Positions 36,051 to 44,400 of a stretch of 64,000 bases of DNA are shown in pieces. Origin of the DNA: Candidatus Falkowbacteria bacterium (lineage in GTDB: Bacteria > Patescibacteriota > Patescibacteriia > Patescibacteriales > UBA12075); contig JAZDLN010000028.1 of NCBI GenBank assembly GCA_043801965.1, forward strand, positions 22,288 to 86,287, given 5' to 3'. The first letter of the stretch is position 1, and every line of letters begins with the position of its first letter. The notes under the pieces were generated by a model. It saw only the letters and a program-made list of their open reading frames with translations. It did no database searches and was not told where the DNA came from. The position numbers and the translations under genes are program-made.

Positions 36051-37778
36051 ATGAAGATTACTGAATTAAAAATTCACGGAATAAAATCATACGTTGATGA
36101 AACGGTAAAAATCAATGAATATACTGTTTTTGTCGGCGAAAATAATTCTGGCAAAAGCAATATTTTAAAATGTCTTCTGTGGTTTTTTGGAAAAACAAAA
36201 ATTAGCGAAAAAGATTTGAATTGCCACGTTACTGACGACCCGTTCGTGGAGGTTGAATTTTCTTTAAGTGATAATGAAGAATTTACTCATCCCAAAGAGT
36301 ATTTGGTTAATGGTAAATTTAGAGTCAGAGCTTCGGCGGAAAGAAAAAAAATTTTGGATAAGCCTACTGCTTCCGAACACCGAGGTTATATCGGCGAAGA
36401 AGAAAATTCAATTAAAGACACGAAGCTACTCGGATATAGTAGCGTGGCAAAGTTCAGTTTAGGCGAGGTAATTTATATTCCCTCGGTTAAAGCGTTAAAT
36501 GAGGAATTGAAATTCACGGCGAAAACTGCTTTAAGCCAATTAGTTACAAAATACGTAATAAGTAGAATAAAAGAAGAAGACGAGAAGGGCAACCACTACA
36601 ATCAAATCGTTGACGCAATAAGAAGTTTGTCGGAATATATTAGCAACGGTGAGAACAGTGCATTACAGCAGTTAAAGAAAGACATTTCAAGATATATGCT
36701 CGATTATGACAATATTTCACTGGGCTTTGAACTGGAACCGCCAGACGCAGATAATTTGATTAAATCTTGTTTTAAGCATCATACTGACGTTGACGGTTTG
36801 ACAAGCAAATTACCACTGGACTCGCAGGGAGACGGATTTCAAAGGTCAATGATTTTTTCTTTAATCGCCAATTTAGCGGAATTGAGTAGAAAATCAGAAA
36901 AAAAGAAAACAGCTAAGAACGAATGCACTTTTTATTTGATTGAAGAACCAGAGATATTTTTACATCCTAATCATCAGTCATTTTTCCGTAATAAATTAGA
37001 AGAATTGGCAGCGAGCAACGACTCTCAAGCCATAATTACTTCGCACTCGCCATATTTTTTAAACCACGTTAATCGTTATTCCCAGATAAAGAGAATTTAT
37101 CTTGACGGGAATAAATCAAAGATCGGTGAGGTAAGTGACGATAAAGTTGACATTATTTGCCAGAGTAACGGTTTGTTGGTTGCGAAAGCAAAAAACGACT
37201 GCCGAAACGAAAATGAAAAATGGGATGAGAATGAATTAAAACAAAGGGCGAGTGAAATTGCAAAGGAAGACCATTTGCGTTATTTACTTTGGATTGACCC
37301 GACAAGAGCGAACGCATTTTTATCCAAGAAAGTCGTTCTCGTTGAAGGACCAACCGAAAAAGCTTTTTTTTCCTATATCTTCAATGACCCAAGCGGGGAT
37401 TTTTATGCTGAAAAAAGAACATCCTTCGTTACCGTTATTGACGTTGTGGGAAAATTTCATATCTATAAATTCGCCCAGCTATTAAAGGAATTTAACATTA
37501 AAGTTTGGTGTATATATGACGGCGATGGCGACCAACGAAAAGAAGGAATTTCACACGCCATTTTAAATCAGGCGATAGAGGAGCTTAAAACGAATGGGGT
37601 AATAATTGATACTTTAAGGCTTGACCCTTCACTAGAGCAGTTAATAGGCTTAAGTAAGGATAAACACAAACCAGACGTTGGTTTATATTTGAATTTAGAA
37701 AAAGACAACAATAAATGCAAACAATCAGAAGGTTATAGTAGATTAATTGAATTTACAAGAAATATTATTGATGCTTAA
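36051..37778 (+). CDS. OLD-family nuclease: ABC-type ATPase + Toprim domain (GajA-like)
   Basis: LKIHGIKSY...VFVGENNSGKSNIL (Walker A, nt 36135-36158), LDSQGDGFQRS, Walker B YLIEEPEIFLHP and TSHSP. Toprim VVLVEGPTEKAFF (nt 37336-37358) and IYDGDGD (nt 37517-37531). Starts 12 nt after the helicase stop. Confidence 0.85.
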   Translation: MKITELKIHGIKSYVDETVKINEYTVFVGENNSGKSNILKCLLWFFGKTKISEKDLNCHVTDDPFVEVEFSLSDNEEFTHPKEYLVNGKFRVRASAERKKILDKPTASEHRGYIGEEENSIKDTKLLGYSSVAKFSLGEVIYIPSVKALNEELKFTAKTALSQLVTKYVISRIKEEDEKGNHYNQIVDAIRSLSEYISNGENSALQQLKKDISRYMLDYDNISLGFELEPPDADNLIKSCFKHHTDVDGLTSKLPLDSQGDGFQRSMIFSLIANLAELSRKSEKKKTAKNECTFYLIEEPEIFLHPNHQSFFRNKLEELAASNDSQAIITSHSPYFLNHVNRYSQIKRIYLDGNKSKIGEVSDDKVDIICQSNGLLVAKAKNDCRNENEKWDENELKQRASEIAKEDHLRYLLWIDPTRANAFLSKKVVLVEGPTEKAFFSYIFNDPSGDFYAEKRTSFVTVIDVVGKFHIYKFAQLLKEFNIKVWCIYDGDGDQRKEGISHAILNQAIEELKTNGVIIDTLRLDPSLEQLIGLSKDKHKPDVGLYLNLEKDNNKCKQSEGYSRLIEFTRNIIDA

Positions 37779-37951
37779 TAATTGAAAATATTTATTTCTA
37801 GGTCATAAGTAATATGTTAAAAAATAAAATTGCAAAATCTATTTTAAATTAGGATAGTTTTTCGTGGTACATTGAAACCCTATTGCTCTAATACCCCCGC
37901 CCCCTTCGTTTATGATTTCGGATTTAGATTTCCAAGCTTTATATTATATTT

Positions 37952-38019
37952 TTTAATCGTCAGAAATGACGATTTTTGTTATAATGATATTAATGGTAAT
38001 TTATATATAGTTAAGTATG
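37952..38019 (+). repeat. 68-bp perfect direct repeat, copy 1
   Basis: TTTAATCGTCAGAAATGACGATTTTTGTTATAATGATATTAATGGTAATTTATATATAGTTAAGTATG is identical to 38364-38431. It contains the hairpin ATCGTCA-GAAA-TGACGAT, a TATAAT box and a terminal ATG. Confidence 0.95.
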
Positions 38020-38169
38020 AAAAAAATAAAAATAATGAAGGGCGGATTTTTAGTGAAGGACACCATGGAGCTTGGGTGCTTAATAGAAAAAAGAATGGTG
38101 GGGAAAATTAATAAATAGATTCGAAATATATCAAAACTGAATTTACCCACGTTACTATTGTAGTTTGCC

Positions 38170-38189
38170 ATTCCCGCGCAGGCGGGAAT
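38170..38189. other. GC-rich hairpin ATTCCCGC-GCAG-GCGGGAAT
   Basis: Perfect 8-bp stem read directly, inside the segment bracketed by the 68-bp repeats. Confidence 0.7.
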
Positions 38190-38251
38190 CCAGCGGTTGG
38201 CGAGACAAACTATGTTTTACTTAAATGGCTGTTCGTACGGATTAACCCTGG

Positions 38252-38281
38252 ATCCCCGATAAGCCTCCGGCTTTCGGGGAT
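38252..38281. other. Long hairpin ATCCCCGA(T)AAGCC-TCC-GGCTTTCGGGGAT
   Basis: 13 bp with a one-nucleotide bulge and a 3-nt loop, read directly. Confidence 0.7.
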
Positions 38282-38363
38282 GACAAAATAATGTCAAAAC
38301 AATGTTTAGGGAAAAGGATTAAGTCCGTTAACTTATAATTACACCGACGAAGTCGTTATGTAG

Positions 38364-38431
38364 TTTAATCGTCAGAAATGACGATTTTTGTTATAATGAT
38401 ATTAATGGTAATTTATATATAGTTAAGTATG
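38364..38431 (+). repeat. 68-bp perfect direct repeat, copy 2 (carries the real start of the 38429 gene)
   Basis: Identical to 37952-38019. Its terminal ATG is the start codon of ORF 38429..39523. Weaker similarity continues about 17 nt into the coding region. Confidence 0.95.
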
Positions 38432-39523
38432 CAAAAACCAAAAATAAGTCACATAATTGGATTCGCGATCTTTATTTTTTTGCTATCCCAGCCGGTACAA
38501 GCCAGTACTGATTCGTCGGATGGGATTAGAAAGATCGAATCCGCCCTGGCAGGAGAGAATTATGGAATATGCCAAGAGTATCTGAATGTAGATAAAAATC
38601 TCTACGGTATCTGCCAGAGCAAATTAAAAAAGAAAGCCGAGGATGAAAAAAAACCGGATCTGTGCGCGCTTTTAGACGATAAACTTCAAGTCCCAAACTG
38701 CATCTATGAGATAAAAAAGGCCGGCGGTTTTTCGGGAGCCAATGATTGCCTTAAAATCAAAGACAGCACTTCGCGGCTGGAGTGCCAACGGCTTTTTGAT
38801 ATTGACGCCAGCAAAGTTTATCGGGATGAGATTATGGGCGAGTCCCCGCTTACCTATGACCAAAATGATTACAAAGAATATATCGCCGCTTGTTCTTTTC
38901 TGCCTAGAGCAGAGGCTCGCAGTGATTGTTATTTTCGTCTAGCCCTCAAGACAAAAGAATTCAGGTTTTGCGAGAAGGCGTTTTCCGAGCCGATTAAAGA
39001 AAGCCGCCGATCTTTTGAGGGGCATGTTTATTTTGGTATCAGCATGACTGACGAAGAAGCTTGCGGCCTCTATACCAGCAAGAAATTGAATTTTAACAAT
39101 TTGGCCAAACTATATTATCCGATTGTCTTGTTGATTTTAACGGGACTGGGTTTAATCGCCTATGTTTTTCGTATAGTAGTCAATAACCGTCTGATCAAAG
39201 ACCTTGTTTATGGCGCGTTGATCACGATTACTACCTTTGGTTTGTTGGTGATGCCTTATCGAGCGGCTAATTCAAATGTCTATACCTATTTTAAGTTTTT
39301 TTTGGAAGATACTTATGTGGTAAAGCATTTTTTTCTTTTAGGATTTTTGCCCGGGGCGGTGCTTGGATGGCTCATAATGTGGTGGCCGTTTCTGTTTGCT
39401 TTTTATGTCTTGTTTATGTTTTGCTGGCGAAGGAATAAATTGTATTTGATTTTATATTTTGCCGCTTTGTTTGTTTTAACGGAAATTAGAATATTATTAA
39501 ATATTGCCAATCTGCAAAATTAA
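38429..39523 (+). CDS. Secreted Cys-rich domain fused to a C-terminal multi-TM domain, hypothetical
   Basis: Signal peptide (IIGFAIFIFLLSQPVQA), about 200 aa containing many Cys, then 4-5 TM helices. Confidence 0.6.
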   Translation: MQKPKISHIIGFAIFIFLLSQPVQASTDSSDGIRKIESALAGENYGICQEYLNVDKNLYGICQSKLKKKAEDEKKPDLCALLDDKLQVPNCIYEIKKAGGFSGANDCLKIKDSTSRLECQRLFDIDASKVYRDEIMGESPLTYDQNDYKEYIAACSFLPRAEARSDCYFRLALKTKEFRFCEKAFSEPIKESRRSFEGHVYFGISMTDEEACGLYTSKKLNFNNLAKLYYPIVLLILTGLGLIAYVFRIVVNNRLIKDLVYGALITITTFGLLVMPYRAANSNVYTYFKFFLEDTYVVKHFFLLGFLPGAVLGWLIMWWPFLFAFYVLFMFCWRRNKLYLILYFAALFVLTEIRILLNIANLQN

Positions 39524-39574
39524 GTTATAAAACCTGATCGATCTTATTGATTTCTTCTTACAAAGAGTTAATAT

Positions 39575-40237
39575 ATGACAAGAACAAACTTCATAAAAAT
39601 TACTTTGCTCTTCGCGGTCGGAGTATTTATTTCCGGATGCGGAATTCCCGAGCTCCCTTTAGACAATAAGATCGTAAAGATCCGCGAGCAGGATTATGTG
39701 CTTAATTATCCTCAAAAAATCCCTGCCGGAGAGCTCGACCTAATTTTTTTGATCACGCCGGGCGGCAGTGAAAACGAAGCCAACGGGATGATAGAATTAT
39801 GGCGGCCATATCTTATAAAAAATAGCCTGGCGGCTGCGTCTGTAATCGACTGGCAGCAGGATAAACTAAAAAAAGTCCTTACCGACCTACAGCAAAAATA
39901 TAAATTTAGAAAAATCTTTGTAACCGGTTTTTCCAATGGCGGTTATAATAGCTGCTATTTTGCCTCTCTAAACCCTGACCTCACCGACGGCATTATCCCG
40001 ATGGGAGCGTATTGCAGCCATTCCGATACCCTTACTTTACCTAAAGTGCCGATCCTGGCGGTCAACGGAGAAAAAGATACGTGGGCCAGGGGCGACGACC
40101 TTAAGTCGGTAACAAAAGCCAGCCGGGATTTAAAAGCGCACGGCATAAACCAGGAGGAGATGCTTATTCCGGGTTTAGGGCACGAGTATCCGGTGTCAGC
40201 CTTGCCCCGGGTTATCGAGTGGATAAAAAGCCATTAA
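39575..40237 (+). CDS. Lipoprotein alpha/beta-hydrolase (esterase/PHB-depolymerase-like)
   Basis: Lipobox FISGC, nucleophile elbow VTGFSNGG (GxSxG), and late D and H residues (GEKDTW, LGHEYP). Confidence 0.65.
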   Translation: MTRTNFIKITLLFAVGVFISGCGIPELPLDNKIVKIREQDYVLNYPQKIPAGELDLIFLITPGGSENEANGMIELWRPYLIKNSLAAASVIDWQQDKLKKVLTDLQQKYKFRKIFVTGFSNGGYNSCYFASLNPDLTDGIIPMGAYCSHSDTLTLPKVPILAVNGEKDTWARGDDLKSVTKASRDLKAHGINQEEMLIPGLGHEYPVSALPRVIEWIKSH

Positions 40238-40390
40238 TTTTTATATAAAAAACAATATGGCGCCGAAGCGGCTTTGTCACGCTTCTTTTTTTGTTTTCCA
40301 CTGTTAATTTACCCGAATAAATACTATAATATAGATATAAACTTCGGTACTTTAGTTTTAAACTAAAAATTACCCGTTAACTAAATATCT

Positions 40391-41368
40391 ATGAAAAAAG
40401 TGTTTTTTTTGATTCTGGGATTATCTTTGCTTTTTGCCGTCCTGGTAATGTCCATGATCCTGTTCGCCGGTTATTATTATAAAAATTCCGGGGTTAGAAG
40501 CGCGCCGCCCGCGCCTGGCGTACCCGCGGAGCAACCGGCGGAAGAGTTTATACCGCCTCCGGCCGATCAGGCCGAAGAGAAGGCCCCGAAAAATATTCTT
40601 TACCTTAAAAAACCCGGCAGCGGGGAGATCGATGAAAAGGACCTTGAAAGATTCCCGGAAATATACGTTGTCTACGATTTCGAAGACCTAAAAAAATACG
40701 CGCCGGAAGCGGAAGCGATCTGGGTCGACCGGAACGCGGCCGATCTTATAGAAGCCGGCTGGTTCGATAACTCGCTTAAACCCGTGGCCCTATTGGGCTA
40801 CAATAACGCGCTCTATTCGTTCCGGGAAGTCCTGCCGATCGCTAAAACAGGGGAATCGGAAATCGATTGGAGCCTGGAGCGGCTCGAACCCGGATTCAGC
40901 GTCCGGATGCCAAGAGACGGAGCGGGGGATTCGGAAGCTGGCGCCTTGACGCGCGGTTACGACCGGGAGCTAAACGCCGAAGCGGTCTTGATCGCCACAA
41001 ACGATCTTTTAGGCAAAGAGAATTACGCGGTGGCCGAACTCAGGGACGAAACCTGCTCCGGGCACCAGGATTGCGAAACGCCGTTCGAATATCTTATCCG
41101 GTCGAGCTGTCCGTACGATTCCCGGTGCCTAGAGGGCCGGTGCGCCGTGGTCTGCCCCTATATCCTTGATCCGGAATGGGTTAGGGTCACGCGGGCGATC
41201 CTCGACTGCGAAGCGGCAGAAGCCTCGCAGAATCATGATCTTGCGGTGGCGGTCGGACTTAAGAACGGCGGCCGGATCGGCGCCTTCGAACCGGAAATAG
41301 ACGAGATCATCCGGATCGCGGACGAAGCGGCCGGGAAATGCGGAGAGATACGGATCGCGACCGAGTGA
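40391..41368 (+). CDS. Membrane-anchored hypothetical protein with a Pro-rich linker and a Cys-rich C-terminal part
   Basis: N-terminal TM, a PPAPGVPAEQPAEEFIPPPADQ linker and several Cys pairs. No family recognised. Confidence 0.55.
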   Translation: MKKVFFLILGLSLLFAVLVMSMILFAGYYYKNSGVRSAPPAPGVPAEQPAEEFIPPPADQAEEKAPKNILYLKKPGSGEIDEKDLERFPEIYVVYDFEDLKKYAPEAEAIWVDRNAADLIEAGWFDNSLKPVALLGYNNALYSFREVLPIAKTGESEIDWSLERLEPGFSVRMPRDGAGDSEAGALTRGYDRELNAEAVLIATNDLLGKENYAVAELRDETCSGHQDCETPFEYLIRSSCPYDSRCLEGRCAVVCPYILDPEWVRVTRAILDCEAAEASQNHDLAVAVGLKNGGRIGAFEPEIDEIIRIADEAAGKCGEIRIATE

Positions 41369-41410
41369 TCCGGATTTGCCGCCAATAACCGTAAAATAAA
41401 TATTTTTCAC

Positions 41411-41439
41411 TTGACATAGCGTGCTAATCATGCTATGTT
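41411..41439 (+). promoter_or_regulatory. Putative promoter
   Basis: TTGACA (41411-41416), 17 nt, TATGTT (41434-41439). AAGGAGAG lies upstream of ATG 41500. Confidence 0.45.
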
Positions 41440-41499
41440 TTTATGATCTTTAAACGAAGATCATTTTGTTTTTTACAACCCGAAAACAAGGAGAGATCA

Positions 41500-43143
41500 A
41501 TGGCTAACCCGATCGTAAGGAGTTTATTGGAAAAAGATTTCCGGATCGAGATCGAGCCGGACTGGAGCCTGCCGGAAATGGCCGATAACGTTATCGGCGA
41601 AGTCGGACGGCATATAGCCGGCCGTAACGATCTTAAGACTCTCTTGACGATGCTGCCGAAAGGGATCTTTACCCTTTGCCCCGATTCGCCGCCGGAAGAG
41701 CTCCACAAATATATTATTAACCGCTACGGAAAGATCGACAAAAGCGATCCGCGCGTCGTATTGGCGTACATGGAAAATTTCGTTTCCGAAGCCGCCGCGC
41801 TGGAGCGGAGGATAATAGCCCAGGGCGCGGCCCGGATAAAGGATATTAGCGCCGACGAACTTTTCCTCCTTACCGATCCTTTCATGCCGGCCGCCGCCGA
41901 TAAACTCTGGTACCGATGGTACAAGGAGCTTGTCATTCCCCTGGAGATCCTTCCCGAAGCGGAAAAAGCCGCCCGGAAAGCGGAACTTAAAAGCCTCATG
42001 AACGAATACGACTACACGGTTTTTGCCAAGGGCGAGCGTCTGGCCTGGGCGCGGGCTTTTCCGGACGAGATCGCGGAATTAACCCGCGCTTTAACCGCGC
42101 TCGGGAACCGCCTGCGGGACAAAAGCCTTAAAAGGTACTTAAGCTACCTCGCGCGGGCGTATACCTGCGCGAAGACCGAAGATCTCGAGAAGAGATGGAC
42201 GGAGGTCGATTACGCCTGGATCGATATCCCGAATAATACCCGGGTATTCCCGATACACGGCATGGAAGCCGGCTACGAGCATCCGTGCGGCGTTTCGCCG
42301 GAATGGAACATCGTTGTCAGGCTCGACTATGGAAAGAAGGAGATCGGGGAGATACGGGAGGCCGCGCCCGGAGTGGCCGGGTCTTGCGGAGCGGATGCCG
42401 GGCTTTTGAAGCATAAGCTCGACCGCGTCGATATCGGCGTTTTCTATACCGCCGTCTGGGCCGGCAATTCCATGAATTTCCGTATCGCCGGCCAGGCCGT
42501 GCCTAACCGGCAGGAAGTATTAAAGCGGGGCGGTAAGATATTCATCGATCTGGACAGCGAAAAACTCGCGGTCGAGAGATACCGGGACATGCTCGATAAA
42601 TATCTGCCGGCGGAAACGGCGAAGATACTTAAGGCGCAGATAAGCGTACTAAGCATGATCGAGCACACGGCCGGGCACGAAGTGTCGCATCCGGCGGGCC
42701 GGAACGAAGAGATCGACCGGAAACTGGGAAGCGCCTTGAAGCTTCTGGAAGAGGCGAAAGCGACCATGAGCGGCAATCTCATAAACGAATCAAGGAACAG
42801 GGAAAACCGCCTGCATATCGTGGCCGAGACGATCGCCCGCTTCTGCCGCTTTTTCTATAAGACCTCCCTGGAAAACCCCTCCGCGACGCAGTATGTCTGG
42901 GAGAATATGATCGCCTGCCGGACGATGCACGAGGCCGGAGTGATCAGGATGGGTAAGAATTGCATCGAGGTCGACCTGGAAAATGCCAAAGGACCGGATT
43001 GGTTCGACCGTCTGGAAAAATTCGTGAGCAACATATTCGCGGCTTATGAGGCCGGCGACAGCGAAGCCCTCGAAAAGACGCACCGGGAATTATGCGGCCG
43101 CGATGGTATCGTCGCCGATATCATCGCTCTTGTTAATAAATAG
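41500..43143 (+). CDS. M49 (dipeptidyl-peptidase III)-like metallopeptidase with a pentapeptide HEVSH motif
   Basis: HTAGHEVSHPAG (HExxH), followed about 27 residues later by LLEEAKATMSG (EExKA-type second zinc motif). Start moved from 41443 to the ATG at 41500, which has an SD. Confidence 0.5.
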   Translation: MANPIVRSLLEKDFRIEIEPDWSLPEMADNVIGEVGRHIAGRNDLKTLLTMLPKGIFTLCPDSPPEELHKYIINRYGKIDKSDPRVVLAYMENFVSEAAALERRIIAQGAARIKDISADELFLLTDPFMPAAADKLWYRWYKELVIPLEILPEAEKAARKAELKSLMNEYDYTVFAKGERLAWARAFPDEIAELTRALTALGNRLRDKSLKRYLSYLARAYTCAKTEDLEKRWTEVDYAWIDIPNNTRVFPIHGMEAGYEHPCGVSPEWNIVVRLDYGKKEIGEIREAAPGVAGSCGADAGLLKHKLDRVDIGVFYTAVWAGNSMNFRIAGQAVPNRQEVLKRGGKIFIDLDSEKLAVERYRDMLDKYLPAETAKILKAQISVLSMIEHTAGHEVSHPAGRNEEIDRKLGSALKLLEEAKATMSGNLINESRNRENRLHIVAETIARFCRFFYKTSLENPSATQYVWENMIACRTMHEAGVIRMGKNCIEVDLENAKGPDWFDRLEKFVSNIFAAYEAGDSEALEKTHRELCGRDGIVADIIALVNK

Positions 43144-43162
43144 AACATTTAAAACGGACAAA

Positions 43163-43195
43163 CCCCTGATTCGCTACGGATCAGGGGTGTTTTTA
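43163..43195 (+). terminator. Rho-independent terminator
   Basis: CCCCTGAT-TCGCTACGG-ATCAGGGG followed by TGTTTTT. Confidence 0.7.
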
Positions 43196-43426
43196 TGCAT
43201 ACAAGGAAATCGACCGGCAACGATCGTAGTCGTCGGCACGGATCGATTCCCGCCCGACCGGCAGGCCCGGTCCCTGATTGACTTTTGTTTTGACAAAGCC
43301 GGGCAAACATGATAATTTATTAAATCGATTCGGTTCATTACAATTGAATATTTTTCAGGATAAAATGGCCAATATCAGATGATATTATTTGCCGCCAAGG
43401 CAAAATTTTCAAAGGAGGGTCTTAAG

Positions 43427-44398
43427 ATGATAGTTTCAAGAAATTCAGTAAAACGATGGGTCACCTGGATTTTTATGCTGCTTTTCGGCTGGCACTTCGC
43501 GGGCATCATCGGCGTGGTTCTGTGGGACGGAAACGGCACGCCTCTTTACCGGGTCAGGGAAGAGCACGCTCAGGTGCTTACCCTTTTAAACGGCAGCCGG
43601 ATGATCGATACGGACGTCGGATTGCATCTCAAATGGTGGGCCTTGAATCCGGCCAAATGGGTATTTAACACGAAGGAACAATCGCTCCGCATCGAATCGA
43701 GCTATCTCGACAACAACGCGGCTCCGCACCCGATCCAGGCTTCGGACAAGATAAAATTCCTGGGAACCGGCTTTTGGCAGTACCAGGTAGTCGATCAGCG
43801 CCAATTCTGCATAAAAATGGGCAAGAACGCCCTGGAGCAGCTGGCCAACGATTTAAACGGACTGGCCAAGGGCGTTATCCAGTCCCGGGGCATCGAAGAT
43901 ATCGTCAGCCAGCTGGCCGAGGTGAAAAGGGCCGTGGAAGGATCAGCGGAAGCGATTTTGTCGATCGAGAAGAAATACGGCGTCGACGTGATCTCTTTTA
44001 CCATGACGAGCGCCACCTATCCGGACGAGATGAACGCCAGTTCCGCCGAGGCCAAAAGCATCAGGATAGTAAACGAAGCGAAAAAAGAGTCGGCTAATGA
44101 CGCCGGCGCCGCTTTGGAAAGATTGTCCGCGGCTTACGGCAAGCTGATCGAAGACTTCGTGAACAAATCCGGAGTAAAGACCGAAGCCGGGAGAATGCAG
44201 GCCTTAAAAACATTCGATAAGATCATGCTCATGAAAAGCATAGAAAACCGGCCGGACAACACCGTGATCGTTTTTTCCGGAGACGGCTCAGCGCCGAATA
44301 TGACCCTGCCTAATCCCAACAGCACGGAGATCAGGATCGATAAGGAGAGGGAGTTATTGCGGCCCAAAACCGCCGATAATGAGCGGGAAAGGCGGTAA
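43427..44398 (+). CDS. SPFH/band-7 (prohibitin/stomatin-like) membrane protein
   Basis: N-terminal TM (WVTWIFMLLFGWHFAGIIGVVLW), an SPFH-like beta/alpha core (...VDVISFTMTSATYPDEMN) and an Ala/Glu-rich coiled-coil tail. A strong SD (AAGGAGGG) lies 7 nt before ATG 43427. Confidence 0.7.
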   Translation: MIVSRNSVKRWVTWIFMLLFGWHFAGIIGVVLWDGNGTPLYRVREEHAQVLTLLNGSRMIDTDVGLHLKWWALNPAKWVFNTKEQSLRIESSYLDNNAAPHPIQASDKIKFLGTGFWQYQVVDQRQFCIKMGKNALEQLANDLNGLAKGVIQSRGIEDIVSQLAEVKRAVEGSAEAILSIEKKYGVDVISFTMTSATYPDEMNASSAEAKSIRIVNEAKKESANDAGAALERLSAAYGKLIEDFVNKSGVKTEAGRMQALKTFDKIMLMKSIENRPDNTVIVFSGDGSAPNMTLPNPNSTEIRIDKERELLRPKTADNERERR

Positions 44399-44400
44399 CG

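Larger units (their letters stand above)
31131..38019. mobile_element. AT-rich genomic island next to tRNA-Thr (no integrase seen)
   Basis: Base composition drops abruptly right after the tRNA terminator; by eye it is about one-third G+C versus about one-half in the flanks (not computed). It holds only the helicase-nuclease/OLD operon. The right edge coincides with a 68-bp duplication. Boundaries are approximate. Confidence 0.55.

Noticed and set aside
37872-38111. 79-aa ORF at the end of the island
   Set aside because: It runs straight through the 68-bp duplicated promoter-type repeat, has no RBS or motifs and is of low complexity. It is more likely non-coding.
38251-38260. ATCCCCGAT shared between the tRNA-Thr T-arm/acceptor region (31080-31088) and the hairpin at 38252, as a possible attR remnant
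   Set aside because: The identity is only 9 nt, which is roughly what chance allows in a 64-kb window searched on both strands, and the surrounding bases do not match.
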